From IMG/VR virus record IMGVR_UViG_3300012964_000004, positions 2,312 through 66,311 of that record: a stretch of 64,000 nucleotides of DNA; one strand, given 5' to 3'. Origin of the DNA: a virus. Positions 39,780 through 49,781 of the stretch are shown piece after piece (the first letter of the stretch is position 1; every line of letters starts with the position of its first letter). Position numbers and translations under genes: made by a program. The notes below the pieces were generated by a model that worked only from the letters and a program-made list of their open reading frames with translations, had not been told where the DNA came from and did no database searches.

Positions 39780-40440
39780 TAGTTATTTCCAGTCATGGAC
39801 TGACCTATCCATGTCTGGGCTGTTGTGATCGCAACAGCACGACCAACATACAAAAACTATCCAAAAAAGTCAAGTCGCATAGCCAAATCGGATCGGGTTC
39901 GCGTAGCCGAACAGCACCTGCAGCCCGCGCGCGTACATATAATGCGCGTGAAGATGAGAACGACTACGCGCAATTTGAGTTTGATATTTAGGATCAGGAT
40001 AGTACGAATACAGCCTCAAATATGGAAAGACGCATTTATAATCGGCGCGTGTTTTTGTGACAATTCGCTTACATCGTTACCGATTAGAACGATCAAGGAC
40101 TATAGGCGCTCAATCAGCCCTATTTGTGGGGGATGGATAGCAAGCGACCGCTAGATATAGTGGTTTTTGGTTTCGATAACTACACTTATCGAAAGCATAG
40201 GCGCTCTGGTGCACAAAGTAAACTTATAACAGCGGGGTTTGCTATGTATCGTTTGGTTGGGTAGGGTTCGTTTTGGTTATCAGTTCCTTGTTTTGTATCC
40301 TGGCTCATCCGCACGACTATACAAATGCTTTGCACATGACCACACAAGTGCTTTGCAAGAGTATAAAGGTTATTTTCTAATCTAATTCTCATGCACAGCC
40401 GCGCGGATCCTGTTAGCATAGACTGGAAGGAAAGGAGGTA
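39780..40440. other. gene-poor strand-switch region; candidate genome termini or origin
   Basis: About 660 bp with no credible CDS between divergent gene blocks. Confidence 0.45.
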
Positions 40441-40445
40441 AATAT

Positions 40446-40655
40446 ATGGAATGGTGGCAACTGCTTGGGATTTATCTATTAGGTCTACTGATCGGATCGC
40501 TGGTGGTTGGTTTGCTGGATTTCGGGGATGATCCAGGCTGGTATCTTTTCGCCATTTTATGGCCTCTGGCTCTGCCTGTTTTGATCCTTTATGTTCTGGC
40601 TACTCTGTCTAACGATCTGGGTTACGTTATACGCAAATTGGTGCGGGGCAAATGA
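40446..40655 (+). CDS. small 2-TM membrane protein
   Basis: AAGGAGGT RBS; two hydrophobic helices with a WP motif. Confidence 0.6.
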   Translation: MEWWQLLGIYLLGLLIGSLVVGLLDFGDDPGWYLFAILWPLALPVLILYVLATLSNDLGYVIRKLVRGK

Positions 40656-40937
40656 TGAAGCCCTGGGCGAAATGACTGTAGAGGATATTGTTCTAAAGTC
40701 GGACTTGCCAGGGCTTTTGATGAATGTGTCGCGCCTAATATCGATGGGAATGATGCCCAAAAAAATCTGGATTGGCAAGCAGTTCTATATGCCGATTATA
40801 TACATGGAATTTTCGATGAACTCGCCAAGTTTTTCTATTGGTGAAACTGGACGGTTGGTAGACATACCGTTTGAGGTCATAAACACCGATATGCGCTATG
40901 CGTTTGAATTTGAGGATGCCCTGAAAGGCGGTAAGAT

Positions 40938-41177
40938 ATGAAGTTATTCAAACGACCTATTTACAAGATCGGGGAGCACATCAAAGTCCACGATCGCAAG
41001 GCAATCAAGTTGTCGCGGCGCGTCGAAGGCCTGCGCTATTTGGCCGATCGTCTGGGCGCAGCCAGAACTAAATTCTGGCACAGGATCCGCCGCCTCTATC
41101 CAGAATTGGATGGGTTCGAGATGAACTACGATTTCACCACGGATGAACTTATTTTGATAAAAAAGAAGGAGATCTAA
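40938..41177 (+). CDS. hypothetical protein
   Basis: 79-aa ORF coupled to the next gene. Confidence 0.5.
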   Translation: MKLFKRPIYKIGEHIKVHDRKAIKLSRRVEGLRYLADRLGAARTKFWHRIRRLYPELDGFEMNYDFTTDELILIKKKEI

Positions 41178-41728
41178 TGACAGAAAAATTGATGATTGCC
41201 CAGGCCATGAATGAGGTCAAGCTGGCCGAGAAGAAAATTCAGTCCTCGCTCGAATTCATTCTGCGCAACCTCTTGCGCGAGGAAGATCGGCGCGATCCGT
41301 TCGCCAAGGATGGCACTACCCAGGAAGCCATGGTCAAGTCAGCCCTGCAGTCCATCCAGGATAATGAGAAACGCATCGTGAGCCTCAAGCTGGCTATCAA
41401 CAAGATCAACTTGGAGACCAGTTTGACTGTGGAAAGCATGAGTGCTACCATCGCGGAGTGGCTGATCTGGCGCCGCGACATCCTGCCTCCACAGAAACAG
41501 CGCCTGCAGGCGTTGGTGCAGCGCATGACTGCCGCCCTGGGCGAGCCTTCCATCGCTGCGCGGCGAACGGCTGCTGCCGCAGGCGTGCAGTTTGAGAAGG
41601 TGCAGATCATCGTCAACTTGTCCGAAAAGGATTTGATGGCAGCTATCCAGAAGCTGGATACCATCGAAGAGCGGCTGGACGCTATGCTCAGCATGGCCAA
41701 CGCCACTACTCCGATCGAAGTATTATAA
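41177..41728 (+). CDS. DIP1984-like long coiled-coil protein
   Basis: IAQA....K..I....E....P....I...K.AI.K.N..T.....TIAEW...RRD...D..L...NA.T.I pattern recalled for this family; AAGGAG RBS. Confidence 0.65.
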   Translation: MTEKLMIAQAMNEVKLAEKKIQSSLEFILRNLLREEDRRDPFAKDGTTQEAMVKSALQSIQDNEKRIVSLKLAINKINLETSLTVESMSATIAEWLIWRRDILPPQKQRLQALVQRMTAALGEPSIAARRTAAAAGVQFEKVQIIVNLSEKDLMAAIQKLDTIEERLDAMLSMANATTPIEVL

Positions 41729-41733
41729 TGAAA

Positions 41734-42016
41734 TTGGCTTTCGGTTGCGAAATCGTGAGAATGTGCTTGGAACTCAAGGGTTCGACTCCCTTACCACGCT
41801 CTGGTATGAGCACAGGCTTGAAACCTGATCGCCCCCAGTGGGCGCACCTCAACGTTCAGCGCTTATGACTCAACGATTTTCTTCTCACAGTTCAACGGGT
41901 AAAGCGCAACGGTTTTTCAAAAACCACTATTGGTCTGGTTCGGCGCAGAAATGCGCCAAATGCTCCACCACCAAGCAGGAGCACTCACAGGACGGTGGCT
42001 GCAATCTGGAAGCCAA
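41734..42016 (+). ncRNA. putative structured non-coding RNA (~283 nt) of unknown family
   Basis: 5' TTGGCTTTCGGTTGC pairs with 3' GCAATC(T)GGAAGCCAA; nested GTGAG/CTCAC and TGTGCT/AGCACA stems; T-arm hairpin, GNRA hairpin and 7-nt repeats. Confidence 0.7.
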
Positions 42017-42043
42017 AGTAATCCTTACTTAGAAGGAGGATTT

Positions 42044-43699
42044 ATGCGTAAATATGTCAAGTACCATTATGCCAGCCTTATGACTCCCTTCCCAGAAATG
42101 GAAGAGTTGGAAGTTGACAAGGTAAAGAAAAAGAACTGGCGCATCCGCCTGTCCAATCAGCACTTCGCTCTGCGCATCCATGGGGGCAACCGCATCAAGA
42201 ACCCCGCTAGGAGAAATCAGTGAGTAAACCTGTAAGTTCACCTTCGATTTCAATAGATTGGATCGAGATCACAATCAAGGATACGACTGTTTGTCTGACA
42301 GTGGATGAGGTCAGGCAATTGGCCGCACTCTTGGACGATCTGTTGGGAAAAGCGTTTTCAGGATCTTGGACGATTACCAGTGCACCTTCTGGTAACGTAA
42401 CCCAGACAGGATAAACCATGCTAGGCTTTTGGAAAGGCCGCCCAGTCTATAATATTTGCAGTTCAGACTATTTTGACCCCACGGTGTGTACTTCCACTGG
42501 GGTGGATAGTCGTTTCATGCCACCCAATGTCATGTATCCGAACTGGGAGCCAGCCCATTCTGGTAAGCTGCGCTGTGACTATTGTGGACGAAAAAATCAT
42601 GCGGATGACGAGATCTGTGAAAGCTGCGGTGCCCCCTTATGAGTAGACTGAAACTGGAGGACGTAATCAATTTTGATGAACTGCCCACCGATCGAAGGAT
42701 GGGACTCCTTTTCGTTCCCATTTCGGTTGGCAAGAACATTGAACAGTTCTGGAGTAAAGATGCGCAGGCCGATATACTCTGGCACCGCTATTATTCTGCC
42801 CTCGGCGCGACTGCAATTTTGATCCACCATCCAGTTCTTCCACCTGTAGAGGATCTTCCACAGATGGATCTGCCTGTCTATGACTGTGAGATGGTCTTTT
42901 ATAAGAACGGAACGATTGAATATATCTATAGGAGGATAGCTTGATAAATGAGGATGCCACTAAATTGCTGGAAGCTATGCGCAAGGCCAACGCCATTGTG
43001 GACGATTACTTGTATGCGCCCTTTCCTGACAGCCAGGAAGAGATTGAGGTGGAAATTACGGAGGTGATGGAAGAGCTTCATGAAATTCTCAACCCTATTG
43101 TTGAAGAATATGACAATATTGGGACGGTCTAATCGCCATGGCTCGCACAAAAGGCGCCAAGGGCAAGTACCAACCCCGCGCTAAAGGCTACATTGTCAGC
43201 TATCCAAGCCTGGGTATTCACTATTTTGTCCATGCTTTCGATGACAGTCGGGCAAAATGGCTTGTAGTCAAGCGCCTGAAGCGTGCGCGGGGCTTCACTG
43301 AGGCTATCGCACTGCGCTTTCGGGCACTTGATAACACCGTAATCACTCTAAAAATGCTGGAAGATCTTGGTTATTCACTCTTTGAGAGCCAAAAGGGGCG
43401 GAATTATTGGTTGACACATCCGCTTTGTACCTGTGAATTCTGTATGGAGCAGCTTTATGCCACACAAATTTCGTAATCCTACCCTTGAAGTGGTGGTCGT
43501 TATGTCTCCCGCTCAACTTTTGGCGATTACTGAGAAATCTCTGAAGGAATTTTCATTCGCACGCGGGCTGATACAGTGGAATTTGGCGGGTAGGAAGCCA
43601 ACTCACCTGCGTGCACGCAGGTTGGAGCTAGATAAACAGGGTTTGAAGGTCTTTCCAGAGGACGAAGCCATCCCCGCCTTCATAATTTCGGCGAAATAA
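42044..43699 (+). other. cluster of small hypothetical ORFs (42044-42223, 42220-42414, 42418-42642 zinc ribbon, 42639-42944, 42941-43132, 43138-43476, ~43457-43699)
   Basis: Head-to-tail coupled ORFs with RBSs; CDYCG..CESCGAP in 42418-42642. Confidence 0.55.
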
Positions 43700-44017
43700 T
43701 TGCTTGATCTTCGTGCTACAATCGTTATAGAATGAAAATGCCGCTGAAAATGGTTCGGCAGCCGTATATTTATGCTCAGGGAGGGTTCCCACGCCCTCCC
43801 AAGCCTTTTTATTGGCTTATTCGCCATGTTTTGATGCGCAAAATTCGTCGTTCAGGTCGAAAGTAACCGTTACTTCGCTTACATTCTTGATTTTCTTGTG
43901 CTATAATGCCATAATGAAGCTGACACACCGCTAAAGCGGTGCCAGTCTCCTTCTCAAGCGGGTCGATAGAGCACCCTATCGACCTGCTTGTATTTCTGAA
44001 CCTCTGTTCTGTATAAT
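43700..44017 (+). promoter_or_regulatory. late-gene control region with tandem promoter-like motifs, a palindromic site and hairpins
   Basis: TTGATC-18-TAGAAT (43704-43733), TGCTATAAT (~43899), TTGTAT-18-TATAAT (43988-44017), palindrome at 43861-43875, and a ~15-bp hairpin CAAGCGGGTCGATAG/CTATCGACCTGCTTG. Confidence 0.55.
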
Positions 44018-44045
44018 TATTTTGTATCCAATTAGGAGGTGCTCA

Positions 44046-44353
44046 TGATGAGATTGTATCAGCGCCCATCTGATGAATTGGTTGTGCCCAGTTCGGACTT
44101 CACTGGCATAATCACCGTTGCCACGGCAGGAACGGAAGTCCAGGGGCCAGATATTTCCGCCCCGAACGGTTTCTATATCTGTGGCCATCCGAGCAACACC
44201 CAAAACGTCTGGATTATGCCTCATGGAGAGGCTAAGACTTCGGGTTATTGCCTGGATGCCATGCAATCCATCCTGGTGCGGGTTGCTTGCCTGTATTCGC
44301 TCGACTTCGATGCCGATGTGAACGGCGAGAAACTCTGCTATATCAAAGCATAA
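44046..44353 (+). CDS. small beta-rich structural-region protein
   Basis: AGGAGG RBS; ITVATAGTEVQ...N...VWI pattern. Confidence 0.55.
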
Positions 44354-44500
44354 GGAGCTTGAGATGCGAAGGAGATTATGGAGATGGCGCGTCATTATCG
44401 CCGATAGGATCCGCATGTGGAAAAATCGGAACAAGCCGTCTGTGTCGCTGGACATCAAGGACAGTAAGCATCTTTACAAAATTACACTAAGGAGATAAAG

Positions 44501-44896
44501 ATGGCTCGATACCAAAATGATTTGATGTTGGATGCGGCGTTCGATTGGCTCCGTGCCCGTATTACGATGGAGACGGCTTCTGACAATACGGCCATGCCGA
44601 CCACCTATTCCCAGGCAACTACCATCGGCACCTACCGTCTGGCCAAGGCCTCCCTGACTTCCACGCAGATGACCCTCTCGGACTACACAGGTTCGGGTTT
44701 GGGGCGCAAGGTGACGATCGCAGCCCGCTCAGGCATCACCATTGATACCAGTGGCGTGGCCAAATACGTGAACCTGGCTGGATCAACGGGGTCGGTGCTC
44801 ATGTACATTACGGAGTGCACCACCCAACAGTTGACCACGGGCAACACCGTCAACTTCCCTGCCTGGAACATCATACTCAACGACGCCTCATCCTAA
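44501..44896 (+). CDS. virion fibre-associated structural protein
   Basis: Thr/Ser-rich with GRKVTIAA...SG.A..V.L and LTTGNTVNFPAW; precedes the fibre genes. Confidence 0.55.
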   Translation: MARYQNDLMLDAAFDWLRARITMETASDNTAMPTTYSQATTIGTYRLAKASLTSTQMTLSDYTGSGLGRKVTIAARSGITIDTSGVAKYVNLAGSTGSVLMYITECTTQQLTTGNTVNFPAWNIILNDASS

Positions 44897-45789
44897 TGAA
44901 AACAGTCGCCCTGGTTGGTTTCGCTGAAACCACACGGGACGCTGTAAATCAGTCGAAAGCTGATGAGATATGGACGGTCAACTGGGCGTACCACTATCCT
45001 TTCATCCCCAGGATTGACCGTCTATTCGAGATGCACCCCGTCTGGGTTTATCAATCCACTACCAAACCCGAGTATGTCAAGATGAAGGAACACTGGGAGT
45101 GGCTGCATCAGCCGCGCGACTATCCAGTGTACATGCTGGCTGATTTTCCAGATATACCCCGCTGTATCTCCTACCCCCTGAAAGAAGTTTCCAGATTTAT
45201 CTTTGGCAAAAGACTTCTGAAAGGAGGTGATCCGCGCTCTCCATTCCTGTCCTCTGTGGATTACATGATGGGATTGGCAATTTACGAAGGGTTCGAGCGC
45301 ATCGAACTGTATGGCGTTGAAATGGGGTCGGATACAGAATATCGCTACCAGCGGGAGGGCATAAAATTTTTCGTTGGAAATGCCGTCGCCCGTGGCATTG
45401 AAGTTTATGCGCCCGAGAATGCCACTCTGTTCTCGGGCAAAAAGTATGGCTATGAAGGAGGCCAAATGATCTTCCGCCAAGATTTGGAGCGCCTGAAGGA
45501 ACAGGTGCAAATGCGCAGGGACAAAGTGGTGGCCAGGATGCAGTTCGTGCAGGGACAGATCACAGAGGCCAATAAGGTCAAGCCAGATACCCGCAAGTTG
45601 CAGCGAGAACACAGCAAGGCTAAAAAGGTGCTGGTGATGGAATATACCAAAGCCAGGGAGGATGTGCTGTTGGTGTCGGCTTTCGAGCAGGTGCTGGAAT
45701 ATCTAATCAAAGAGCTTGATTTGGAAGAACATCTGACCCTCGAGATCCAAAATCCGCTGCTTGAGTTGGATTGGGAGGACACCTTGTAA
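44896..45789 (+). CDS. MptE/DUF115/sialyltransferase-like protein (paralogue of 8978)
   Basis: MKTVALVGF...EIWTVN...RLFEMH...SSVDYMMGLAIYEGFERIELYGVEM..DTEYRYQR; TAATG coupling defines the start. Confidence 0.6.
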   Translation: MKTVALVGFAETTRDAVNQSKADEIWTVNWAYHYPFIPRIDRLFEMHPVWVYQSTTKPEYVKMKEHWEWLHQPRDYPVYMLADFPDIPRCISYPLKEVSRFIFGKRLLKGGDPRSPFLSSVDYMMGLAIYEGFERIELYGVEMGSDTEYRYQREGIKFFVGNAVARGIEVYAPENATLFSGKKYGYEGGQMIFRQDLERLKEQVQMRRDKVVARMQFVQGQITEANKVKPDTRKLQREHSKAKKVLVMEYTKAREDVLLVSAFEQVLEYLIKELDLEEHLTLEIQNPLLELDWEDTL

Positions 45790-46073
45790 TGGCCACCCAG
45801 ACGTACATCCACACATCCATTGGGGATGGAGTAGTGGTTGAGTTTGATGTCAACACCGCCAACTGGCGCATGTCTCAGGTGCGGTGTATCAATCAATCCG
45901 CTTGGTCAGTCCATGCTGCTATCTATGAAGGAGGCGTATTGCGCTTTGAGGCTACAGCACCTGGATTTCAGACAACCAGTTGGAATACGACTGGAGTTCA
46001 GTTAGGTTGGGATCCAGTGGATGGGGGTTTGATGATGGGTAATTACACCATGCACGTAAGATTTCCAGCATAA
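45789..46073 (+). CDS. hypothetical protein
   Basis: TAATG-coupled ORF starting MATQTY. Confidence 0.5.
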   Translation: MATQTYIHTSIGDGVVVEFDVNTANWRMSQVRCINQSAWSVHAAIYEGGVLRFEATAPGFQTTSWNTTGVQLGWDPVDGGLMMGNYTMHVRFPA

Positions 46074-46076
46074 ATT

Positions 46077-49000
46077 ATGGCCATTTCTGTCACATCTTTG
46101 GGAACAGCAAAAGATAAGGCGACATCGAAATACTTATCTGTCATATCCGCATCTGTTTCTGCAGGGGAATGGCTCATTATTTGTGGTGCGGCTGACGCCT
46201 ACAACACGCTCGATGTATCTGAGAACAACACTGTAGATCCCGATTTTTCCAACTTTTTACCTATACAGTGGCGTACTTATGTTACCAATGTTGGAAACGT
46301 TCTTTCTCTTATACGACTGGCATATTGTTATGTAGATACAACTTCGGGTTCAATTTATTTGATTGGGTCAGCCGATTATGCTAAGGTAGGAACAGTTTAC
46401 AAAGTTACTGGCATAGATTATGAATTGCCTTATCCAACAGTTACTCCAATATCGGCCATTAGCACCACGCCTGCTTCAACCACTAAAAAATATGGGCAAC
46501 TATGTATCTTTGCACCTTGCACACTCAATTCAGTAAAATTTCGACTCTCCAGAGACGCAACTATCACAGGGGGAACTGCGTACATAAGACTTCGTAGCTA
46601 TCCCGATTACACACTTCTTCACACCTTCGGTTCAAAAGATATAGTTACAGAACTAACTACAACTCCAACTGATTACACTTTTAGTTCAAGTGGATATACT
46701 TTCACGAGTGACACGCCCGCATTAGTGACAGTTGAATTTGATGACCTCGCTGGCACAGGAGATTTCAACATTGGCTATGCCGTAAGTAGCATTTATTTTT
46801 TGGCACGAGGCTCTTACGTATCAGGCACATGGTCAGATACAGCATGGACAACATCTTCTACTCTGCTTTTACAAACAAATGATGGAGCAAAGATTGTTAG
46901 TCCAATAGATCAAATTGCTTCGGCCACTGGCTCGAGTTCAGCTTTCAGTGTCGGGCCGACTGGCACATTAGCACAATCTGCCGAACTTGGTGTTGCAATA
47001 GCTGGATTTGAAGATAAGCCCAGTGACCAAACTGGAACTTATACCACTGGATCAACTTATATATCTGGGAATGAACAAACTAATGGTACGACTGGCTCAG
47101 GAGATGCTTCCAACATTGTAGCTCGTTCTGCTGCTGAAGTTTTGTCTGCTACGACTGCCCAGTATGCAGCGATAACTATGCCCAATTCTGCGGATTGGGC
47201 GGGTGTTATTGTTACCTTTCGAGAGGAAGTTATTACAGGCACTAATCTCACCATTGAGAATAGTTCCCATGTTCATAAATCTGGAGATGCGGTTGTCACC
47301 ACCCAAATTCCATTAGTGGTCGAGGGTAGTTTCCACATCCACAAGTCGGTGGATTTGGTGCTCACCAAGTCGGACACGCTGGTGATCGGCGACAGTTTCC
47401 ATGCTCATGTGGTAGCGGACATGGTGCTGACCCAAGTGCAGGTGCTGGCAATCGAGCAAGCCATCCACATTCATACTGCGGAGGAACTCGCGCTCACCCA
47501 GGCGCAGGTGCTGGCGATCGAGCATGGCATTCATGTCCACAAAGCTGGAGAGCTTACTCTTGGCCAACTCCACAATCTTCAGGTCGAGTTTGCGTATCAC
47601 GCACACCGATCTGAAGATTGTGTTTTGGGCTTGATCCATAATTTGCAAATTGAAAATGGTTTCCACGGGCACACATCTGGGGAACTGGTACTCTCTACGC
47701 CGATAGCTCTCAATATTGAAAATAGTTCTCACAGTAATCTATCTGAGAATGTGGTATTGCAGACCAATGTAGGAACACTCTTCAACCTTGACCATGAAGA
47801 GGGTGATTTGTCCGAGTACAACGCCAGCCAAACGGGAGGCGGCGACTTGGCAGTTGAAGCTGGTGCCGCTTTGGGTGCTTCCAATTTTGGTATGCGTGTT
47901 CTGATAAATGACTATGGCATTCTCTGGGCCAGGAAGGATATTTCCCCGCCGAACGCGATGGGAAATCTCAGGCTACGCTTATACTTTGATCCGAATTCGA
48001 TAACCTTAGCAGATGGCACTATCCTACAGATATTGCAGGCGACCAACACGGGCGGCCAACCTATCGCACAGGTTGACGCCTTTTACAGTGTAGCAACTGG
48101 GTATCAAGTCAGGATGAAATATTGGGATAATTATGCAGCTTCCCATGTGACATCGTATGGCAGTATTACAGATGCTCCACATTGGATTGAATTCTGGCTT
48201 ATTCGTGATACTCTCGCTGGAACTATTACGCTTTGGATTGATGATGTTGAAATTTCATCAGCCGAGGAATATCCCAATAATACCCGCTTCGCTAATTTTG
48301 AAAGCCTTTGGGTTGGTGCTTTAGATATTCCAGGTGGAACTTCTGGGACAATTTATATTGATGAGATCAGGGCCAATGACACGGGTGCATACATCGGCCC
48401 GATCCACATCCAGACCAGTGATAGTTTCCATGTCCATAAAGCTGATGGTTGTAATGTCACCACTCAGCAGTCCCTGGTCATCGAGAATAGTTCTCATGCT
48501 CACAAAGCTGACGATCTGACGCTCACTATTGCTTTTCAACTCACAATCGAAAATGGATACCACGTTCATCCTGCCGACGCTGTAGGTTTGACTCAGGTGC
48601 ACGTCTTGGATATACAGGGTAGCCTGCATAGTCATTCCGCAGAGGACGTGCACCTGAGTCAGATCCACAATCTGCAAATAGAGAACAGTTTCCATGCGCA
48701 TACTGCAGATGATTGCAATCTGACCACAGCAGGTGCCCTGGCGATTGAAAGCAGCTTCCATGCTCATGTGGCAGACGAGACTAATCTCACTCAACTGCAC
48801 AATCTCATTGTTGAGAGCAGCCAGCATGTGCTTCAATCTGGTGATGTGCTTCTGACCAAATCTGACACGCTGGTTATTGAGGCAAGCAAACATGGCCACA
48901 CAGCTTCGGACGCAAATCTCACTCTGGTACATAATTTGGTGGTCGAAGAGAGCCACCATGCTCATCGAGCAGATGATCTCCTCATCACCAAGTCAGACAC

Positions 49001-49781
49001 ACTGGCGATTGAAAGTTCTAAACACAGCCACGCGGTTGGCGATCTGGTTCTTGGGCAAATACATAATCTGCAGATAGGCAGCAGCCAACACGCGCACACC
49101 TGCGCGGATCTCACGCTTGGACAAACTCACAACCTGCAAATTGGTAACGGATTACACGTTCATAAAGCCAATGATCTCACACTCGAACAAACTCATGTTC
49201 TCCAAATTGGTAACGGATTACATGCGCACCAGGCCAGTGATTTGGTCTTGGGGCAGATCCACGTTCTAGTCATCGAGAATTCCAGCCACAGCCATGTGGC
49301 TACAAATTGCGAAGTTTCTGCATTGTTATTGCTAGCGATCGAGGACAGCCGCCACAGCCACACCGCTGAAGAAGTCATCGCTTTGGATGTCTACCTGCCC
49401 GCCAGCGATACTTCCCTGGGATCCTGGACAGATCAAGATGGTGGTGCGACCGACATCTACTTGGCGATCAATGAAATCATCCCTGACAATGACAATTATG
49501 TTCAATCTCCTACGCTGCCCGCTGCCAACACATATAAGTTCAAATTCCAATCTGCGAGTGACCCATCCGATCATACACATCATTACATCGCCCTGCGAGT
49601 CAAGGTGACCGCAGGCACACGCTCCCTGGCCATTCGTTTGAAAGAAGGCATCACAACTCGAGCATCTTGGTCTGTCGATCCTACCCCCGATTGGATGGAT
49701 GTCGTCAAAGAAATAACCCAGGCTGAAGCTGCCAGCATCACGGATTACTCCAATCTGTTTCTGGAACTGGAGGCGTCCTGA
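46077..49781 (+). CDS. virion fibre protein with ~22-aa His-x-His repeats and a lectin/LamG-like domain
   Basis: About 23 copies of L.IE.S.H.H.A.D..LTQ; inserted DHEEGDLSEY...YFDPNS...GTIYIDEI domain. Confidence 0.7.
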   Translation: MAISVTSLGTAKDKATSKYLSVISASVSAGEWLIICGAADAYNTLDVSENNTVDPDFSNFLPIQWRTYVTNVGNVLSLIRLAYCYVDTTSGSIYLIGSADYAKVGTVYKVTGIDYELPYPTVTPISAISTTPASTTKKYGQLCIFAPCTLNSVKFRLSRDATITGGTAYIRLRSYPDYTLLHTFGSKDIVTELTTTPTDYTFSSSGYTFTSDTPALVTVEFDDLAGTGDFNIGYAVSSIYFLARGSYVSGTWSDTAWTTSSTLLLQTNDGAKIVSPIDQIASATGSSSAFSVGPTGTLAQSAELGVAIAGFEDKPSDQTGTYTTGSTYISGNEQTNGTTGSGDASNIVARSAAEVLSATTAQYAAITMPNSADWAGVIVTFREEVITGTNLTIENSSHVHKSGDAVVTTQIPLVVEGSFHIHKSVDLVLTKSDTLVIGDSFHAHVVADMVLTQVQVLAIEQAIHIHTAEELALTQAQVLAIEHGIHVHKAGELTLGQLHNLQVEFAYHAHRSEDCVLGLIHNLQIENGFHGHTSGELVLSTPIALNIENSSHSNLSENVVLQTNVGTLFNLDHEEGDLSEYNASQTGGGDLAVEAGAALGASNFGMRVLINDYGILWARKDISPPNAMGNLRLRLYFDPNSITLADGTILQILQATNTGGQPIAQVDAFYSVATGYQVRMKYWDNYAASHVTSYGSITDAPHWIEFWLIRDTLAGTITLWIDDVEISSAEEYPNNTRFANFESLWVGALDIPGGTSGTIYIDEIRANDTGAYIGPIHIQTSDSFHVHKADGCNVTTQQSLVIENSSHAHKADDLTLTIAFQLTIENGYHVHPADAVGLTQVHVLDIQGSLHSHSAEDVHLSQIHNLQIENSFHAHTADDCNLTTAGALAIESSFHAHVADETNLTQLHNLIVESSQHVLQSGDVLLTKSDTLVIEASKHGHTASDANLTLVHNLVVEESHHAHRADDLLITKSDTLAIESSKHSHAVGDLVLGQIHNLQIGSSQHAHTCADLTLGQTHNLQIGNGLHVHKANDLTLEQTHVLQIGNGLHAHQASDLVLGQIHVLVIENSSHSHVATNCEVSALLLLAIEDSRHSHTAEEVIALDVYLPASDTSLGSWTDQDGGATDIYLAINEIIPDNDNYVQSPTLPAANTYKFKFQSASDPSDHTHHYIALRVKVTAGTRSLAIRLKEGITTRASWSVDPTPDWMDVVKEITQAEAASITDYSNLFLELEAS

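Noticed and set aside
39825-40419. ORFs of 109 aa and 77 aa in the strand-switch gap
   Set aside because: No clear RBS and atypical composition; more likely non-coding.
41762-41830. tRNA gene suggested by GGTTCGACTCC
   Set aside because: Only a T-arm-like hairpin is present. There is no acceptor stem, D-arm and anticodon arm in cloverleaf order, so it is treated as part of the larger ncRNA.
41838-42032. 64-aa ORF and the 5' part of the 41930-42223 ORF across the ncRNA
   Set aside because: Non-ATG starts without an RBS. The credible downstream start is ATG 42044 with an AGGAGG RBS.
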